NCBI GenBank assembly: GCA_965116905.1
Contig: OZ220732.1
Coordinates: 800,001-864,000 of the forward strand
Direction of reading: 5' to 3'
Length of the DNA: 64,000 nucleotides
From: Longimicrobiales bacterium
GTDB taxonomy: Bacteria; Gemmatimonadota; Gemmatimonadetes; Longimicrobiales; Gaopeijiaceae
A program made the translations under genes and the position numbers. Below are positions 44,157 through 53,652 of the stretch, in pieces; position 1 is the first letter of the stretch, and the number at the start of each line of letters is the position of its first letter. The notes under the pieces are model-generated. The model worked only from the letters and a program-made list of their open reading frames with translations, made no database searches and was not told where the DNA came from.

Positions 44157-45302
44157 TTATATGGACTCAAAAAGCGCAGCCATCAGACCGATCCTGCGCG
44201 GCACGTCCTCGAGAAGGATGTGCTCCCAGAGTGTGTGGGCGCCACCGCCGTCGGGCCCCAGGCCGTCCAGCGTGGGACACCCGGCTGCCGCCGTGATGTT
44301 GCCGTCACTGCCGCCGCCGGTCGCCTTTTCGCCGATCTCGAAGCCCAGTTGTGCCGCCAGCCGACGAGCCGTTGCGAACATCCTGCCGGATGCCTCGGTC
44401 TTTTCCAGCGGTCCCCGGTTCACACCGCCTTCAAGATGCAACGTGCACACCGGGTCAACCGGCCTGAGCGCGCGCAAGGCTGCATGCACTCGTTCGGCCT
44501 CGACGGCTGTCCAGAAACGGACGTCCACCGTGCAGCGCGCCGACGACGCCACCACGTTTTCGGCGGTGCCGCCTTCGACAACCCCGATGTTGATCGTGGT
44601 GCCTGCACCGGGATCGGCCAGTTCAAGGATTCGGCCAATTTGCCGCGCGATCTCGTGAATCGCGCTGGCCCCGGCCTCGGGCTCGATCCCCGCGTGCGCC
44701 GGCGTGCCCTCGACCGCGAGTTCGTACGCGCTTACACCCTTGCGCCGGCTCTTCACCGCGCCTCCCGGCGCCGATGGTTCCAGCACTAGCGCGGCGCGCG
44801 ACGCCCTCGCCTGGGCTTCGATCGTCTCCCATGAGCGAGGCGAGCCCCTCTCCTCGTCGCATGTGATAAGCACGGACAGGTCCGACGCGGGCTTGCGGCC
44901 CTTCGCCGCCAGCAGCCGGAGGGCGACGATCGCGACCGCAAGCCCTCCCTTCATGTCGTAGATGCCGGGGCCGGTCACCTTCCCCCCGGCTTCCGCGAAG
45001 GGGTTCCGTTCCAGCGTGCCCACCGGATGAACGGTGTCCATGTGCCCCAGAATCAGCAGAGGAGGGCCGTTCCGCTGCGCGCCCGAAATGCGCGCCAGCA
45101 GATGCTCGCCATAGCCGGGAGCGGGTATGCGCTCCACGTGACCGCCGACGGCTGCGAGCGCTTCGGTCAGCAGATCGGCGGCGGCAAGGTTCGCCGCAAC
45201 GTCGCCGGTGGGCGACTCGATCTCCACCAGGGTGCGCAGGAACTCAAGGCACTCTCCCGTCCGCGCCTCGGCATCCGCGATTGAAAGCCTGCGTTCGCTC
45301 AT
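44157..45302 (-). CDS. M20 family metallopeptidase (glutamate carboxypeptidase-like)
   Basis: LVEIESPT, GHMDTV, GPGIYDMKGG, DEERGS, AHAG and GGSDGN. ATG overlaps the glcF stop. Confidence 0.88.
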   Translation of the reverse strand: MSERRLSIADAEARTGECLEFLRTLVEIESPTGDVAANLAAADLLTEALAAVGGHVERIPAPGYGEHLLARISGAQRNGPPLLILGHMDTVHPVGTLERNPFAEAGGKVTGPGIYDMKGGLAVAIVALRLLAAKGRKPASDLSVLITCDEERGSPRSWETIEAQARASRAALVLEPSAPGGAVKSRRKGVSAYELAVEGTPAHAGIEPEAGASAIHEIARQIGRILELADPGAGTTINIGVVEGGTAENVVASSARCTVDVRFWTAVEAERVHAALRALRPVDPVCTLHLEGGVNRGPLEKTEASGRMFATARRLAAQLGFEIGEKATGGGSDGNITAAAGCPTLDGLGPDGGGAHTLWEHILLEDVPRRIGLMAALFESI

Positions 45303-46690
45303 CGGCGCGGTCCCGCGTACAGTCGGCGCGGCCCCCCGTACAGTCCCCCGCGGCGATAGCTCTCGTCGACCAGTTCGACCAGGTGCAGCACGGGGATTCT
45401 CGCCCCGGCCAGCGCAAGTCCGGCCCCAATCTGCATCATGCATCCCGGGTTGCCTGTGACCAGCGCCGCGGCGCCCGTCGCGAGCACGTTTCGAACCTTG
45501 TCGGTCCCGATCCAGCCCCCGAGACGCGGGTTGGTCAGCCCGTAGATCCCCGCACCGCCGCAACACTCGGCCGCGCCGGGCAACGGAACGACCTCGAGGC
45601 CCGGGATCGAATCGAGCACGCGGGCGGGCGGATCCGCGACCCCCTGCGCGTGCAGAAGGTGGCACGGTGCGTCGTAGGTGACCTTGACGGGCACGGTGCC
45701 GCCCGGAAGCGGGCCGCGCTCGGCGAGCAACTGGGAGATGTCCCGTACCCTGTCGGCCAGCGCCCGCCCGCGCGCGGCCATCTCCTCGTCGTCGGCCAGC
45801 AGGGACCCGTAGTCGGCCATCGCGGCTCCGCACCCGGATGCGTTCATGGCCACGATGTCGATGCCCGCCGCTTCGAATGCCTCCACGTTGCGCCGCGCCA
45901 TGGCCCGCGCGGCCTCGAGATCGCCGCCGTGGGCGTGGAGGGCCCCGCAACACCCCTGGTTCGGCACGCTGACCACCCGGTATCCGTTGGCTTGCAGCAC
46001 GCGCGCGGTGGCCTGGTTCACGCGAGCAAACAGCCCGGCCTGGACGCACCCGGCAAGCACCCCGACGGTCGGACGGCCCTCCGGGCGGCTCGGCCGGGTC
46101 TCCTCCGGGCGGGTCCCCTCGGAACGGCTCGGCCGGGTCCCCTCCGGCCCGCTCTCCGCACGACCGGGCAGCGGGGGCGCGGGGGCCGAGGCCGCGAGCA
46201 TGGCCACAGCCAGCCGGGCCCCCCTTGGAGGCTGGCGACCCGCCAGCATGCGGGTGAGCAGCGCGGGGAGCCCCGTTGCACGCATGACGCGGCCCAGGAA
46301 CATTGCCGGCCGCGCCATCCACGCCGTGCCGAATACGCGCAGGAGCGCCCGGGTGAGCGCCGAAGGCCGGCGGGCGTCGATGCCCACGTGCCGCGCGAGC
46401 TCGAGGAGGTGCCCGTATTCGACCCCCGAAGGGCACACGGGCTCGCACGCGCGACAGCCCAGGCAGCGTCCGATGTGGGTCTGAAATGCCTCCGCGCCCG
46501 GATCCAGCCGGCCCTCGACCACCGCCTGCATCAGGTACAGCCGGCCGCGCGGCGAATCGGCTTCGTCGCCCAGACGCCGATAGGTCGGGCAGGCCGGAAG
46601 ACAGAAACCGCAGTGGACGCAGTTGAGCAGCCCCTGCTCCTGCTCACGGACCGCGCTGGCCAGCGAGTCGACGGGCTTGCTCACGGACAC
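45299..46690 (-). CDS. glcF: Glycolate oxidase iron-sulfur subunit
   Basis: CVHCGFCLPACPTY, CLGCRACEPVCPSGV and two CCG domains (CCGALH, CCGGAGIY). Confidence 0.88.
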   Translation of the reverse strand: MSVSKPVDSLASAVREQEQGLLNCVHCGFCLPACPTYRRLGDEADSPRGRLYLMQAVVEGRLDPGAEAFQTHIGRCLGCRACEPVCPSGVEYGHLLELARHVGIDARRPSALTRALLRVFGTAWMARPAMFLGRVMRATGLPALLTRMLAGRQPPRGARLAVAMLAASAPAPPLPGRAESGPEGTRPSRSEGTRPEETRPSRPEGRPTVGVLAGCVQAGLFARVNQATARVLQANGYRVVSVPNQGCCGALHAHGGDLEAARAMARRNVEAFEAAGIDIVAMNASGCGAAMADYGSLLADDEEMAARGRALADRVRDISQLLAERGPLPGGTVPVKVTYDAPCHLLHAQGVADPPARVLDSIPGLEVVPLPGAAECCGGAGIYGLTNPRLGGWIGTDKVRNVLATGAAALVTGNPGCMMQIGAGLALAGARIPVLHLVELVDESYRRGGLYGGPRRLYAGPRR

Positions 46691-48024
46691 CGCGCTGCAA
46701 GTACCGAGGCCGGATCGAACAGCTCCTTGATCCGTCCACCGAGTCTCCGTCCACCGAGTCCGCCGTCACTCCCCCGCCCCCCCGTCCACCCCACCCGAGC
46801 GGCGACCTCCCCGGGCGCCTGGCTCAGTGTCATCGACCCACCCGCTTCCTCCACCTCCGCACGCATCCGCGACAGCTCGCCCACGGTGGCCACTTCCCGG
46901 GCCGCGTCCGGCGACGCCTTCACGCGCACGACCCCCCGCAGCGCATCGGCGGCGACCTCCCCGCCCAGCGCGCCCGCCAGCGCTTTCGCGCGGCCGAACA
47001 TGTCCGCCAGCCGGTCCGGCAGCGCCGCCAGGCGCACGACCAGGGCGCTCCCCTCCTCCCACGCGGCGCGATCCCCGTGCAGGGCGGCGCTGTCGTCACC
47101 ATGCACGGTCCGCCGGGGCTTCGCTTCGACGGTGTCGATCAGTCGGGACCGCACCTCCTCCACCTCGCCCCCGCTTCCCAAAAGGCGCACGGTGCACACC
47201 GCGTCCGTGTCCCCGCTTCCGGACTCCAGCTCGACCGCCGCGACCGGCAACGGGCTCTCGCACACGGTCCGCGCCAGCGCCGTGATCCCGGCCGGCCGGC
47301 CGGCATAGCACAGCGTGACATCGCTTTCGGGACGCGGGAACAGGCGCACCGAAGCGCTCGTGATGATCCCGAGGCTGCCGCGGCTTCCCGTGAAGAGGCG
47401 GACCAGGTCGTACCCGGCCACGTTCTTGACCACCCGGCCGCCGATCCGCAGCACGCGCCCGGCACCCGTGACGACATCGACTCCCAGGACGTTGTCGCGA
47501 ACCGCGCCATAGCGGCCCTGCAGCGCCCCGGAGATCCCGCACGCCACCAGGCCTCCCAGCGTTCCCTGGTCGGCGCCGGGCGCGTCCGCCGGGAGCCATT
47601 GCCCATTGGGCCGCACGAGGTCGTCCAGCTCGGCCAGGCCGATCCCGGCGCCCGCCGTCAGCGTAAGGTCGGCGGGTTCGTAGTGCTCCAGCGCGTCAAG
47701 GCGCGCGCAAGACACGATCACGTCGCCGGGACGGGTCCACCCTCCCGCGCCCAGCCAGCTCCCCAGCCCGGCAGGCAGCAGGCGCGTACCGGATTCGTTG
47801 GCCACGCGGACCAGCGCCGCCGTCTCTTCCACGCTCGCCGGGAAGACGACCGGCGGGTCGTGCGGGCCCCGCGGCCTCCAGCCCGACCCGCCGGGCTGGC
47901 CTCGGGCCCACTCACGCGCGCCCTCGCCCGTCAGGACCCGGTCTTCCGGCAACACCGCCAGCACGGGGGCGGCCCGATCCACGCCGGCGTCAATCACCGC
48001 CGGTACCCGCCGGAAGAATGGCAT
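46681..48024 (-). CDS. glcE: Glycolate oxidase FAD-binding subunit
   Basis: YEPADLTLTAGAG and GGRVVKNVAGYDLVRLFTGSRGSLG. Lies between glcD and glcF. Confidence 0.8.
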   Translation of the reverse strand: MPFFRRVPAVIDAGVDRAAPVLAVLPEDRVLTGEGAREWARGQPGGSGWRPRGPHDPPVVFPASVEETAALVRVANESGTRLLPAGLGSWLGAGGWTRPGDVIVSCARLDALEHYEPADLTLTAGAGIGLAELDDLVRPNGQWLPADAPGADQGTLGGLVACGISGALQGRYGAVRDNVLGVDVVTGAGRVLRIGGRVVKNVAGYDLVRLFTGSRGSLGIITSASVRLFPRPESDVTLCYAGRPAGITALARTVCESPLPVAAVELESGSGDTDAVCTVRLLGSGGEVEEVRSRLIDTVEAKPRRTVHGDDSAALHGDRAAWEEGSALVVRLAALPDRLADMFGRAKALAGALGGEVAADALRGVVRVKASPDAAREVATVGELSRMRAEVEEAGGSMTLSQAPGEVAARVGWTGGRGSDGGLGGRRLGGRIKELFDPASVLAARCP

Positions 48025-49459
48025 CCGCTGAACGACCGGCGTCCTCTGAAGGACCGGCGTCCTCCGAACGACCGGTGTCCTCCGGCAGAACCTTGCCCGG
48101 ATTCATCACGCCGCCGGGATCGAACACCCTGCGAACCTGCCACATCGCGTCGAGCTCGTCCGGGCCATAGATGAGCGGCATGTGGTGCTTCTTGTCGAGC
48201 CCGACGCCGTGTTCGCCCGTGATCGTGCCCCCGGAATCGACGCAGAGCTGCATGATCTCCTTCGACGCGCGCTCGACGCGTTCCAGCTCGTGCTCGTCAC
48301 GGCGGTCGAAGAGGATGTTGGGATGAAGGTTGCCGTCGCCGGCGTGGAAGACGTTGGCCACGACGAGGTCGTAGCGCCGTCCGATGTCGGAGATCCCGCG
48401 CAGGATCGACGGCAGCGTGGTGCGCGGCACGGTGGCGTCCTGCACCAGGAGATCGGGCGCGATCCGCCCCATGGCGCCGAACGCCTTCTTCCGACCCTTC
48501 CACAGCGCCAGCCGCTCTTTCTCGTCGCGCGCGGTGCGCACTTCACGGGCACCCGCCCGCGCGCACAATGCCGCCGCCCGCTCGGCGTCCTGGTCCAGCC
48601 CCGCCCTCAGCCCGTCGAACTCGATCACGAGGGCGGCCTCGGCGTCGGTCGGATATCCCGCGGCAAAGACGCTGTCCTCGACGGCGCGGATGGTCGGCCC
48701 GTCGATGATCTCCAGCGCGGCGGGCAGCAGTCCCGCGCTCACGATGTCGGACACGGCCTGCCCCGCGTCATCGATGCGGTCAAAGATGCCGAGCAGCGTG
48801 CGCACGCCTTCGGGCACGGGAAGAAGCCCGACCTCGATCTCGGTCGCGATCCCGAAGCAGCCCTCCGAGCCCACAAACAGGCCCACCAGGTCGTACCCGG
48901 GCGATTCGCGCCCCTGTCCGCCCAGCCTGACGATCGATCCGTCGGCCAGGACGACCGCAAGGCCCGTCACGTAGCGCGAGGTCACCCCGTACTTGAGGCA
49001 GTGCGGCCCGCCCGAGTTTTCGGCCACGTTGCCGCCGATCGTGCACGTCGTCTGCGAGGACGGGTCGGGCGCGTAGTACAGCCCGTGCACCCGTGCCGCG
49101 TCCGAGAGTTCCGCGTTGATCACGCCCGGCTGAAGCACGGCGCGCCGGTTCGGCACATCGATGTCCAGGATCCGGTTCATCCGCGCCGTGCCGATCACGA
49201 CCGCTCCGTCGAGCGCCACCGCTCCGCCCGAAAGTCCGGTCCCCGCGCCCCGCGGCACGATCGGCAACCCACGCTCGGCAACCGCGCGCACGGCCCCCTG
49301 CACCTGGTCGGTGGATCGCGGGAGCACGACCGCGCCCGGGCGGTGCCGGTAGGCGGTCAGCGCGTCCGATTCGTAGACGAGAAGCCGCTCCTCGTCCAGG
49401 ATCACGCCGTCGCTACCGCAGATCTCGACGAGCGACTTTGCGAGGGTGGCTGGGACCAT
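47990..49459 (-). CDS. glcD: Glycolate oxidase subunit (FAD-linked oxidase)
   Basis: RGAGTGLSGG, PDPSS, GGPHCLKYGVT, HAGDGNLHP and GEHGVG. Confidence 0.9.
   Translation of the reverse strand: MVPATLAKSLVEICGSDGVILDEERLLVYESDALTAYRHRPGAVVLPRSTDQVQGAVRAVAERGLPIVPRGAGTGLSGGAVALDGAVVIGTARMNRILDIDVPNRRAVLQPGVINAELSDAARVHGLYYAPDPSSQTTCTIGGNVAENSGGPHCLKYGVTSRYVTGLAVVLADGSIVRLGGQGRESPGYDLVGLFVGSEGCFGIATEIEVGLLPVPEGVRTLLGIFDRIDDAGQAVSDIVSAGLLPAALEIIDGPTIRAVEDSVFAAGYPTDAEAALVIEFDGLRAGLDQDAERAAALCARAGAREVRTARDEKERLALWKGRKKAFGAMGRIAPDLLVQDATVPRTTLPSILRGISDIGRRYDLVVANVFHAGDGNLHPNILFDRRDEHELERVERASKEIMQLCVDSGGTITGEHGVGLDKKHHMPLIYGPDELDAMWQVRRVFDPGGVMNPGKVLPEDTGRSEDAGPSEDAGRSADAILPAGTGGD
48028..48081. repeat. 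18-bp tandem repeat (x3) in the glcD 3' tail
   Basis: CTGAACGACCGGCGTCCT / CTGAAGGACCGGCGTCCT / CCGAACGACCGGTGTCCT. Confidence 0.9.
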
Positions 49460-49468
49460 TCGGGCAAG

Positions 49469-50200
49469 CTATCCGGCGGTGGCAAGGTAGTCCAGAATGG
49501 CCTCCACCCCCGATGCGGCCATGCCGTGCACTTCGCGGGGAAGCTCGCCATAGACACGCCGGGTGAGAAGATCGAGGTCGCTGCTGCCGGTCTCCGCCAG
49601 GGCACACCGGACCTGCTCGATCCGCGAAAGGCGGTGGTTGCGGAAGCGGGCGATGGCCTCCGCCGGGTCGTGGAGGGGGTCTCCGTGGCCCGGATAGAGG
49701 ACGCGGGCGTTCAGCGCGTCGATACGGTCCAGCGAGGCCAGGTAGTCGGCGACGCCCCCCGGGTATTCGCCGACCCACGTCGTGTCGCCCTCTCCCAGGA
49801 TGAGGTCGCCGGTGAAGACCGCACCCTCGTCCGGAAGGTGGAAGCAGAAGTGCCGGCGCGCGTGGCCGGGCGTCCAGATGGCGACCAGATCGCCGCCGTC
49901 CGTTGCGATGATTTCGCCGTCGCCGAGGTCGTGGCCGCTCCCCGGGCCGCGCACGGCGGCTCCGGTCAGGCGCGCGAGTTCTTCCGCGCCCGCCGCGTGA
50001 TCCGCGTGGGCGTGGGTGACGAGGACAACGACATGATCCGCCCCGCGGACCGCCGCCGCCAGGACCCGAAGGTGGCTTTCGAGGACCGGGCCGGGGTCGA
50101 TGACGGCCGCCCTGCGTTCACCGACGACATGGCTTCTCGTGCCGTCGATCGTGAAGCGTCCGGGGTTGTCGGCCCGGAAGGACCGCACAGCCACCGGCAC
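49469..50200 (-). CDS. MBL-fold metallo-hydrolase
   Basis: IDPGP, THAHADH, TPGHA, FTGDLILG and YPGHG. Confidence 0.88.
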   Translation of the reverse strand: MPVAVRSFRADNPGRFTIDGTRSHVVGERRAAVIDPGPVLESHLRVLAAAVRGADHVVVLVTHAHADHAAGAEELARLTGAAVRGPGSGHDLGDGEIIATDGGDLVAIWTPGHARRHFCFHLPDEGAVFTGDLILGEGDTTWVGEYPGGVADYLASLDRIDALNARVLYPGHGDPLHDPAEAIARFRNHRLSRIEQVRCALAETGSSDLDLLTRRVYGELPREVHGMAASGVEAILDYLATAG

Positions 50201-50205
50201 GGCCT

Positions 50206-50673
50206 CTAGCGTCGCTCGTGGGCGATCTGCTCCGCCAGCTTGTCGGCGATCATCTGCACCGCCACCTCGTCCTGCGAGGTGAAGGCGGCCGGCTGGTGCG
50301 AGTCGATGTCGAACTGTCCGTAGATCTCGGTTCCGGCACGGATCAGGACGACCAGCTCCGACTTCACCTCCGGGCTGCAGGCCAGATAGCCCTCGAACTG
50401 CGTCACGTCGGGAACGTTCTGGTTGGCCCCGTGCGCGATCGCGGTGCCGCACACGCCCTGGCCCACGGGAATCCGGGCGTGCTCGGTGGGCTGGCCCACG
50501 TAGTTGTGGAGCCACAGTTCAAGCCCCTCGTCGTTGAGCAGGTAGGCTCCGACCCAGTCGGCACGATCGTCCCGGTGGAGGGTCTTTACGGCGTGCCGGA
50601 GAAGGGCGTCCGAAAGGTACCCTTCCTCCCTCATCTCCTGGATTTCCCTAATTACGATCCGGGCGTCGACCAT
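50206..50673 (-). CDS. GAF domain protein (free methionine-R-sulfoxide reductase-like)
   Basis: DWVGAY, RIPVGQGVCGTA, YLAC, SELVV and DIDS. Confidence 0.8.
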   Translation of the reverse strand: MVDARIVIREIQEMREEGYLSDALLRHAVKTLHRDDRADWVGAYLLNDEGLELWLHNYVGQPTEHARIPVGQGVCGTAIAHGANQNVPDVTQFEGYLACSPEVKSELVVLIRAGTEIYGQFDIDSHQPAAFTSQDEVAVQMIADKLAEQIAHERR

Positions 50674-50730
50674 CTCCTCGCTTCTTGATCAGGAGTCACT
50701 GGATTCACGGGCACTCAATATAGCCCCACG

Positions 50731-51795
50731 TCAACCGCGCCCGAAATCAACCCCCTCATCCAGCCTGGCCACAAACGCCGCCAGGAGGCGCGCCGTCAGA
50801 AAGAGGTCGGAGGCCGACACCATCTCGCTGGGCGAGTGCATGTACCGGTTCGGCACCGACACGAGCCCCGTCGGGATCCCGCCGCGCGCCAGGTGAATCG
50901 CGTCGGCGTCGGTGCTCGTGCGCAGCGGCGCCGCCTGGATCGAGTACGGGATGTCGTTGGCCTCGGCCGTCTCCGCCAGCAGTTCGAACACCCGGGGATG
51001 CGTGGCCGATCCGCGCGTCAGGACCGGACCACCACCCAGCGAGTGCTCGCCCACTTCGGACTTCTCGACCTCCGGCACGTCGGTGGCGTGCGTCACGTCC
51101 ACCACCAGCGCCACATCGGGGGCGAGGCCGAACGCGCTGGCCCGCGCGCCCCCGCCCGAGTAGCCGATCTCCTCCTGCGCGGTCGCGACGGCCACCGCCC
51201 CCGCCCGGCCCCCCCGTTCGGCGACGATCCGAAGCGCTTCAAGCACGATGAACGCGCCGACGCGGTTGTCGATCGCCCTGCTGGCCACCCGGTCCCCCGC
51301 AAGACGCACCATCCCGGCGTCGATCACGGCGGGGTCGCCCACCCGCACGCCCAGTTCGCCAAGCTGCTCCCGCGATTCGGCCCCCACATCGATCCAGAGC
51401 TTCTTCACCTTCACGGCCTTGTCCCGCTCCTTCGGGTCGATCAGGTGGATGGCCTTGCGTCCGATCACGCCAGCGACGTCGCCCTTCGACCCGAGCACGC
51501 GCACCCGCTGCCCCACCAGCACCTGCGGGTCCCAGCCCCCGATGCCGGCGAAGTAGAGCAGGCCCGACTTGTCCGCGTGCGTGACCTGCAGGCCGATCTC
51601 GTCGATGTGGCCGGCCAGCAGCGCCAGGGGCCGCGCGTCGCGCCGGACGGCCGCGTACGTGTTGCCGACGACGTCGGACCATGCCTCGGCAAACGAGTCC
51701 GCCTCTTCACGCCACACCCGCGCGGCGCGGGCCTCGAAACCCGACGGGCCGGGCGCATCCAGCAGGCGCTCCAGGAATGCGATGTCCCCGCTCAC
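50731..51795 (-). CDS. M42 family aminopeptidase
   Basis: PGPSGFE, AGHIDEIG, AIDNRVG, QEEIG, VDVTHA and NRYMHSP. GTG start overlaps the fxsA stop. Confidence 0.9.
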   Translation of the reverse strand: MSGDIAFLERLLDAPGPSGFEARAARVWREEADSFAEAWSDVVGNTYAAVRRDARPLALLAGHIDEIGLQVTHADKSGLLYFAGIGGWDPQVLVGQRVRVLGSKGDVAGVIGRKAIHLIDPKERDKAVKVKKLWIDVGAESREQLGELGVRVGDPAVIDAGMVRLAGDRVASRAIDNRVGAFIVLEALRIVAERGGRAGAVAVATAQEEIGYSGGGARASAFGLAPDVALVVDVTHATDVPEVEKSEVGEHSLGGGPVLTRGSATHPRVFELLAETAEANDIPYSIQAAPLRTSTDADAIHLARGGIPTGLVSVPNRYMHSPSEMVSASDLFLTARLLAAFVARLDEGVDFGRG

Positions 51796-52361
51796 TGCGA
51801 GTCCCCCCAGTCCGACCGCCGACTGTGCACCTCGGTCCGTCCGTGCACCTCGGTCCGCTCGTGCACCTCGGTCCGCTCGTGCACCTCGGTCCGCCCGTGG
51901 ACTTCGGTCCGCCCGTCCATCTCGGTCCGCCGCGACGTGAACCCGCCGCCGGGACCCCAGACCCGGAACTCGACCGCGCCCTCGCTCATGCGCCGCTCGA
52001 GCCCGCGGCGCACCAGCCGCTGCAGCCATCGCCGCGAGGTCGGAATGAGCAGGCTGAAGCCGGCCACGTCGGTGAGGATCCCCGGGGTCAGCAGAAACGC
52101 ACCGCCCACCAGGATCGCCAGGCCGTCGAGCAGCGACCGCCCCGGCAGCCTGCCCTCGGCGAGTTCGCGCTGCACCGCCATGAACGCCCGCAGGCCCTGC
52201 CGCCGAGCCAGGGCCGCGCCCGCCACCCCGGTCACCACGACCAGCGCGAAGGTGGGGCCGATCCCGATCCACTGCCCGACCTGCAGCAGGATCGCCAGCT
52301 CCACCAGCGGGACGGCTACGAAGAGAAAGATCAATCTGCTCAGCACTGGGCGGGCTCCCAT
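51792..52361 (-). CDS. fxsA: FxsA family membrane protein with C-terminal repeat tail
   Basis: LFVAVPLVELAILLQVG and GGAFLLTPGILTDVAG. Confidence 0.85.
   Translation of the reverse strand: MGARPVLSRLIFLFVAVPLVELAILLQVGQWIGIGPTFALVVVTGVAGAALARRQGLRAFMAVQRELAEGRLPGRSLLDGLAILVGGAFLLTPGILTDVAGFSLLIPTSRRWLQRLVRRGLERRMSEGAVEFRVWGPGGGFTSRRTEMDGRTEVHGRTEVHERTEVHERTEVHGRTEVHSRRSDWGDSQ
51825..51932. repeat. 18-bp tandem repeat (x6) encoding RTEVH(E/G) in the FxsA tail
   Basis: GTGCACCTCGGTCCGCTC and variants at an 18-bp period. Confidence 0.95.
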
Positions 52362-52424
52362 TCGTGGGTCTGAAGTCCCCGAAGAATACCCCCGGTGGAC
52401 ATTGCAATGTATATTCTTCGGACC

Positions 52425-53636
52425 ATGCAGCAGACCTACTTCCGAAAGGGTTTCGGGCTCAAGGCCGAGGTCAGGCCCGTCATTGACTCCGAATACCACT
52501 CCGCCATCGTCGAACGAATCCGGTCGCGTGCCTACACCGATCGGTTCGGAGACATCAAGGTACGCCTGGCGAAGGATTTCGGTTTCTGCTACGGGGTCGA
52601 CCGCGCGATCGACTACGCCTACGAGGCGCGCCACAAGTTCCCCGACAAGCGCATCTACCTGGTCGGCGAGATCATTCACAACCCGCACGTGAACCGGCGG
52701 CTCGCGGAGATGGGCATCGAAATGCTCGTTCCGGGGGAAGGCGGAAACTTCGACTACGGGCACATCGCCGCCGACGACGTCGTGATCATCCCCGCCTTCG
52801 GGGTGACGATCGGCGACATGAAGAAGCTCCAGGAGATCGGCTGTATCCTCGTCGACACCACCTGCGGCTCCGTTCTGCTCGTGTGGAAGCGCGTGAACGG
52901 CTACGCGCGCGACGGCTTCACCGCCGTCATCCACGGCAAGTACAAGCACGAGGAGTCGCGGGCGACCGCCAGCCAGGTGCACAAGCACGAGGGCGGCAAG
53001 TACATCATCGTGCGGGATATGGCCGAGGCGGAGAGCGTGGGCGCGTACATGACGGGCCGCGGCGATGCCCCGAGCCGGGACGAGTTTCTCCGGCGCTTCG
53101 CCGACCGCAGTTCCGACGGCTTCGACCCCGACACCGATCTCGCGAAGATCGGCGTGGCCAACCAGACGACGATGCTGGCCACCGAATCGCTTGCCATCGG
53201 CGCGCGCCTGCGCGAGATGATGGCCGACGCGCAGGGGGAGGACCACGCGGAAGAGCACTTCCGGTCCTTCGGGACCATCTGTTCCGCGACCCAGGAGCGT
53301 CAGGACGCCGTGCTCGAGATGATGCGCGAGCCGCCCGACATCATGATCGTTGTCGGCGGCTACAACTCGTCCAACACGAACCACCTCGCCCACATGTGCC
53401 GCGAGTACACCGAGACGTACCACATCAAGGACGCGGCGTGCATCGACATGGACACCGGCGCGATCCACCACAAGCCCGGGCTGGATCCGCAGTCGCCCGA
53501 GGTCACCGAGATGGACTGGCTGCCGGAGGGCCCCTTCGAACTGGGAATCACCGCGGGCGCGTCCACGCCGAACAACAAGATCGGCGAGGCGGTTTTCCGG
53601 GTGCTGAAGATCAAGGGGATAGAGCCGGACCTATAG
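52425..53636 (+). CDS. ispH: 4-hydroxy-3-methylbut-2-enyl diphosphate reductase
   Basis: FGFCYGVDRAI, IIHNPHV, DTTCGSV, HEE, TICSATQERQ, SSNT and TAGASTP. Confidence 0.95.
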   Translation: MQQTYFRKGFGLKAEVRPVIDSEYHSAIVERIRSRAYTDRFGDIKVRLAKDFGFCYGVDRAIDYAYEARHKFPDKRIYLVGEIIHNPHVNRRLAEMGIEMLVPGEGGNFDYGHIAADDVVIIPAFGVTIGDMKKLQEIGCILVDTTCGSVLLVWKRVNGYARDGFTAVIHGKYKHEESRATASQVHKHEGGKYIIVRDMAEAESVGAYMTGRGDAPSRDEFLRRFADRSSDGFDPDTDLAKIGVANQTTMLATESLAIGARLREMMADAQGEDHAEEHFRSFGTICSATQERQDAVLEMMREPPDIMIVVGGYNSSNTNHLAHMCREYTETYHIKDAACIDMDTGAIHHKPGLDPQSPEVTEMDWLPEGPFELGITAGASTPNNKIGEAVFRVLKIKGIEPDL

Positions 53637-53652
53637 CGTCACGGTGCCGTGT

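Noticed and set aside
44157..46448. 763-aa ORF as a large fusion protein; likewise the N-terminal extensions of 50731-52407, 51792-53471 and 49469-50515
   Set aside because: The extensions overlap other real genes in different frames. True starts sit at stop/start overlaps or RBS-supported codons (45302, 51795, 52361, 50200).
51825..51932. Repeat arrays at 51825-51932, 40422-40493 and 34808-34868 as possible CRISPR arrays
   Set aside because: The units are contiguous with no unique spacers, are only 12-21 bp long, and no cas genes are present.
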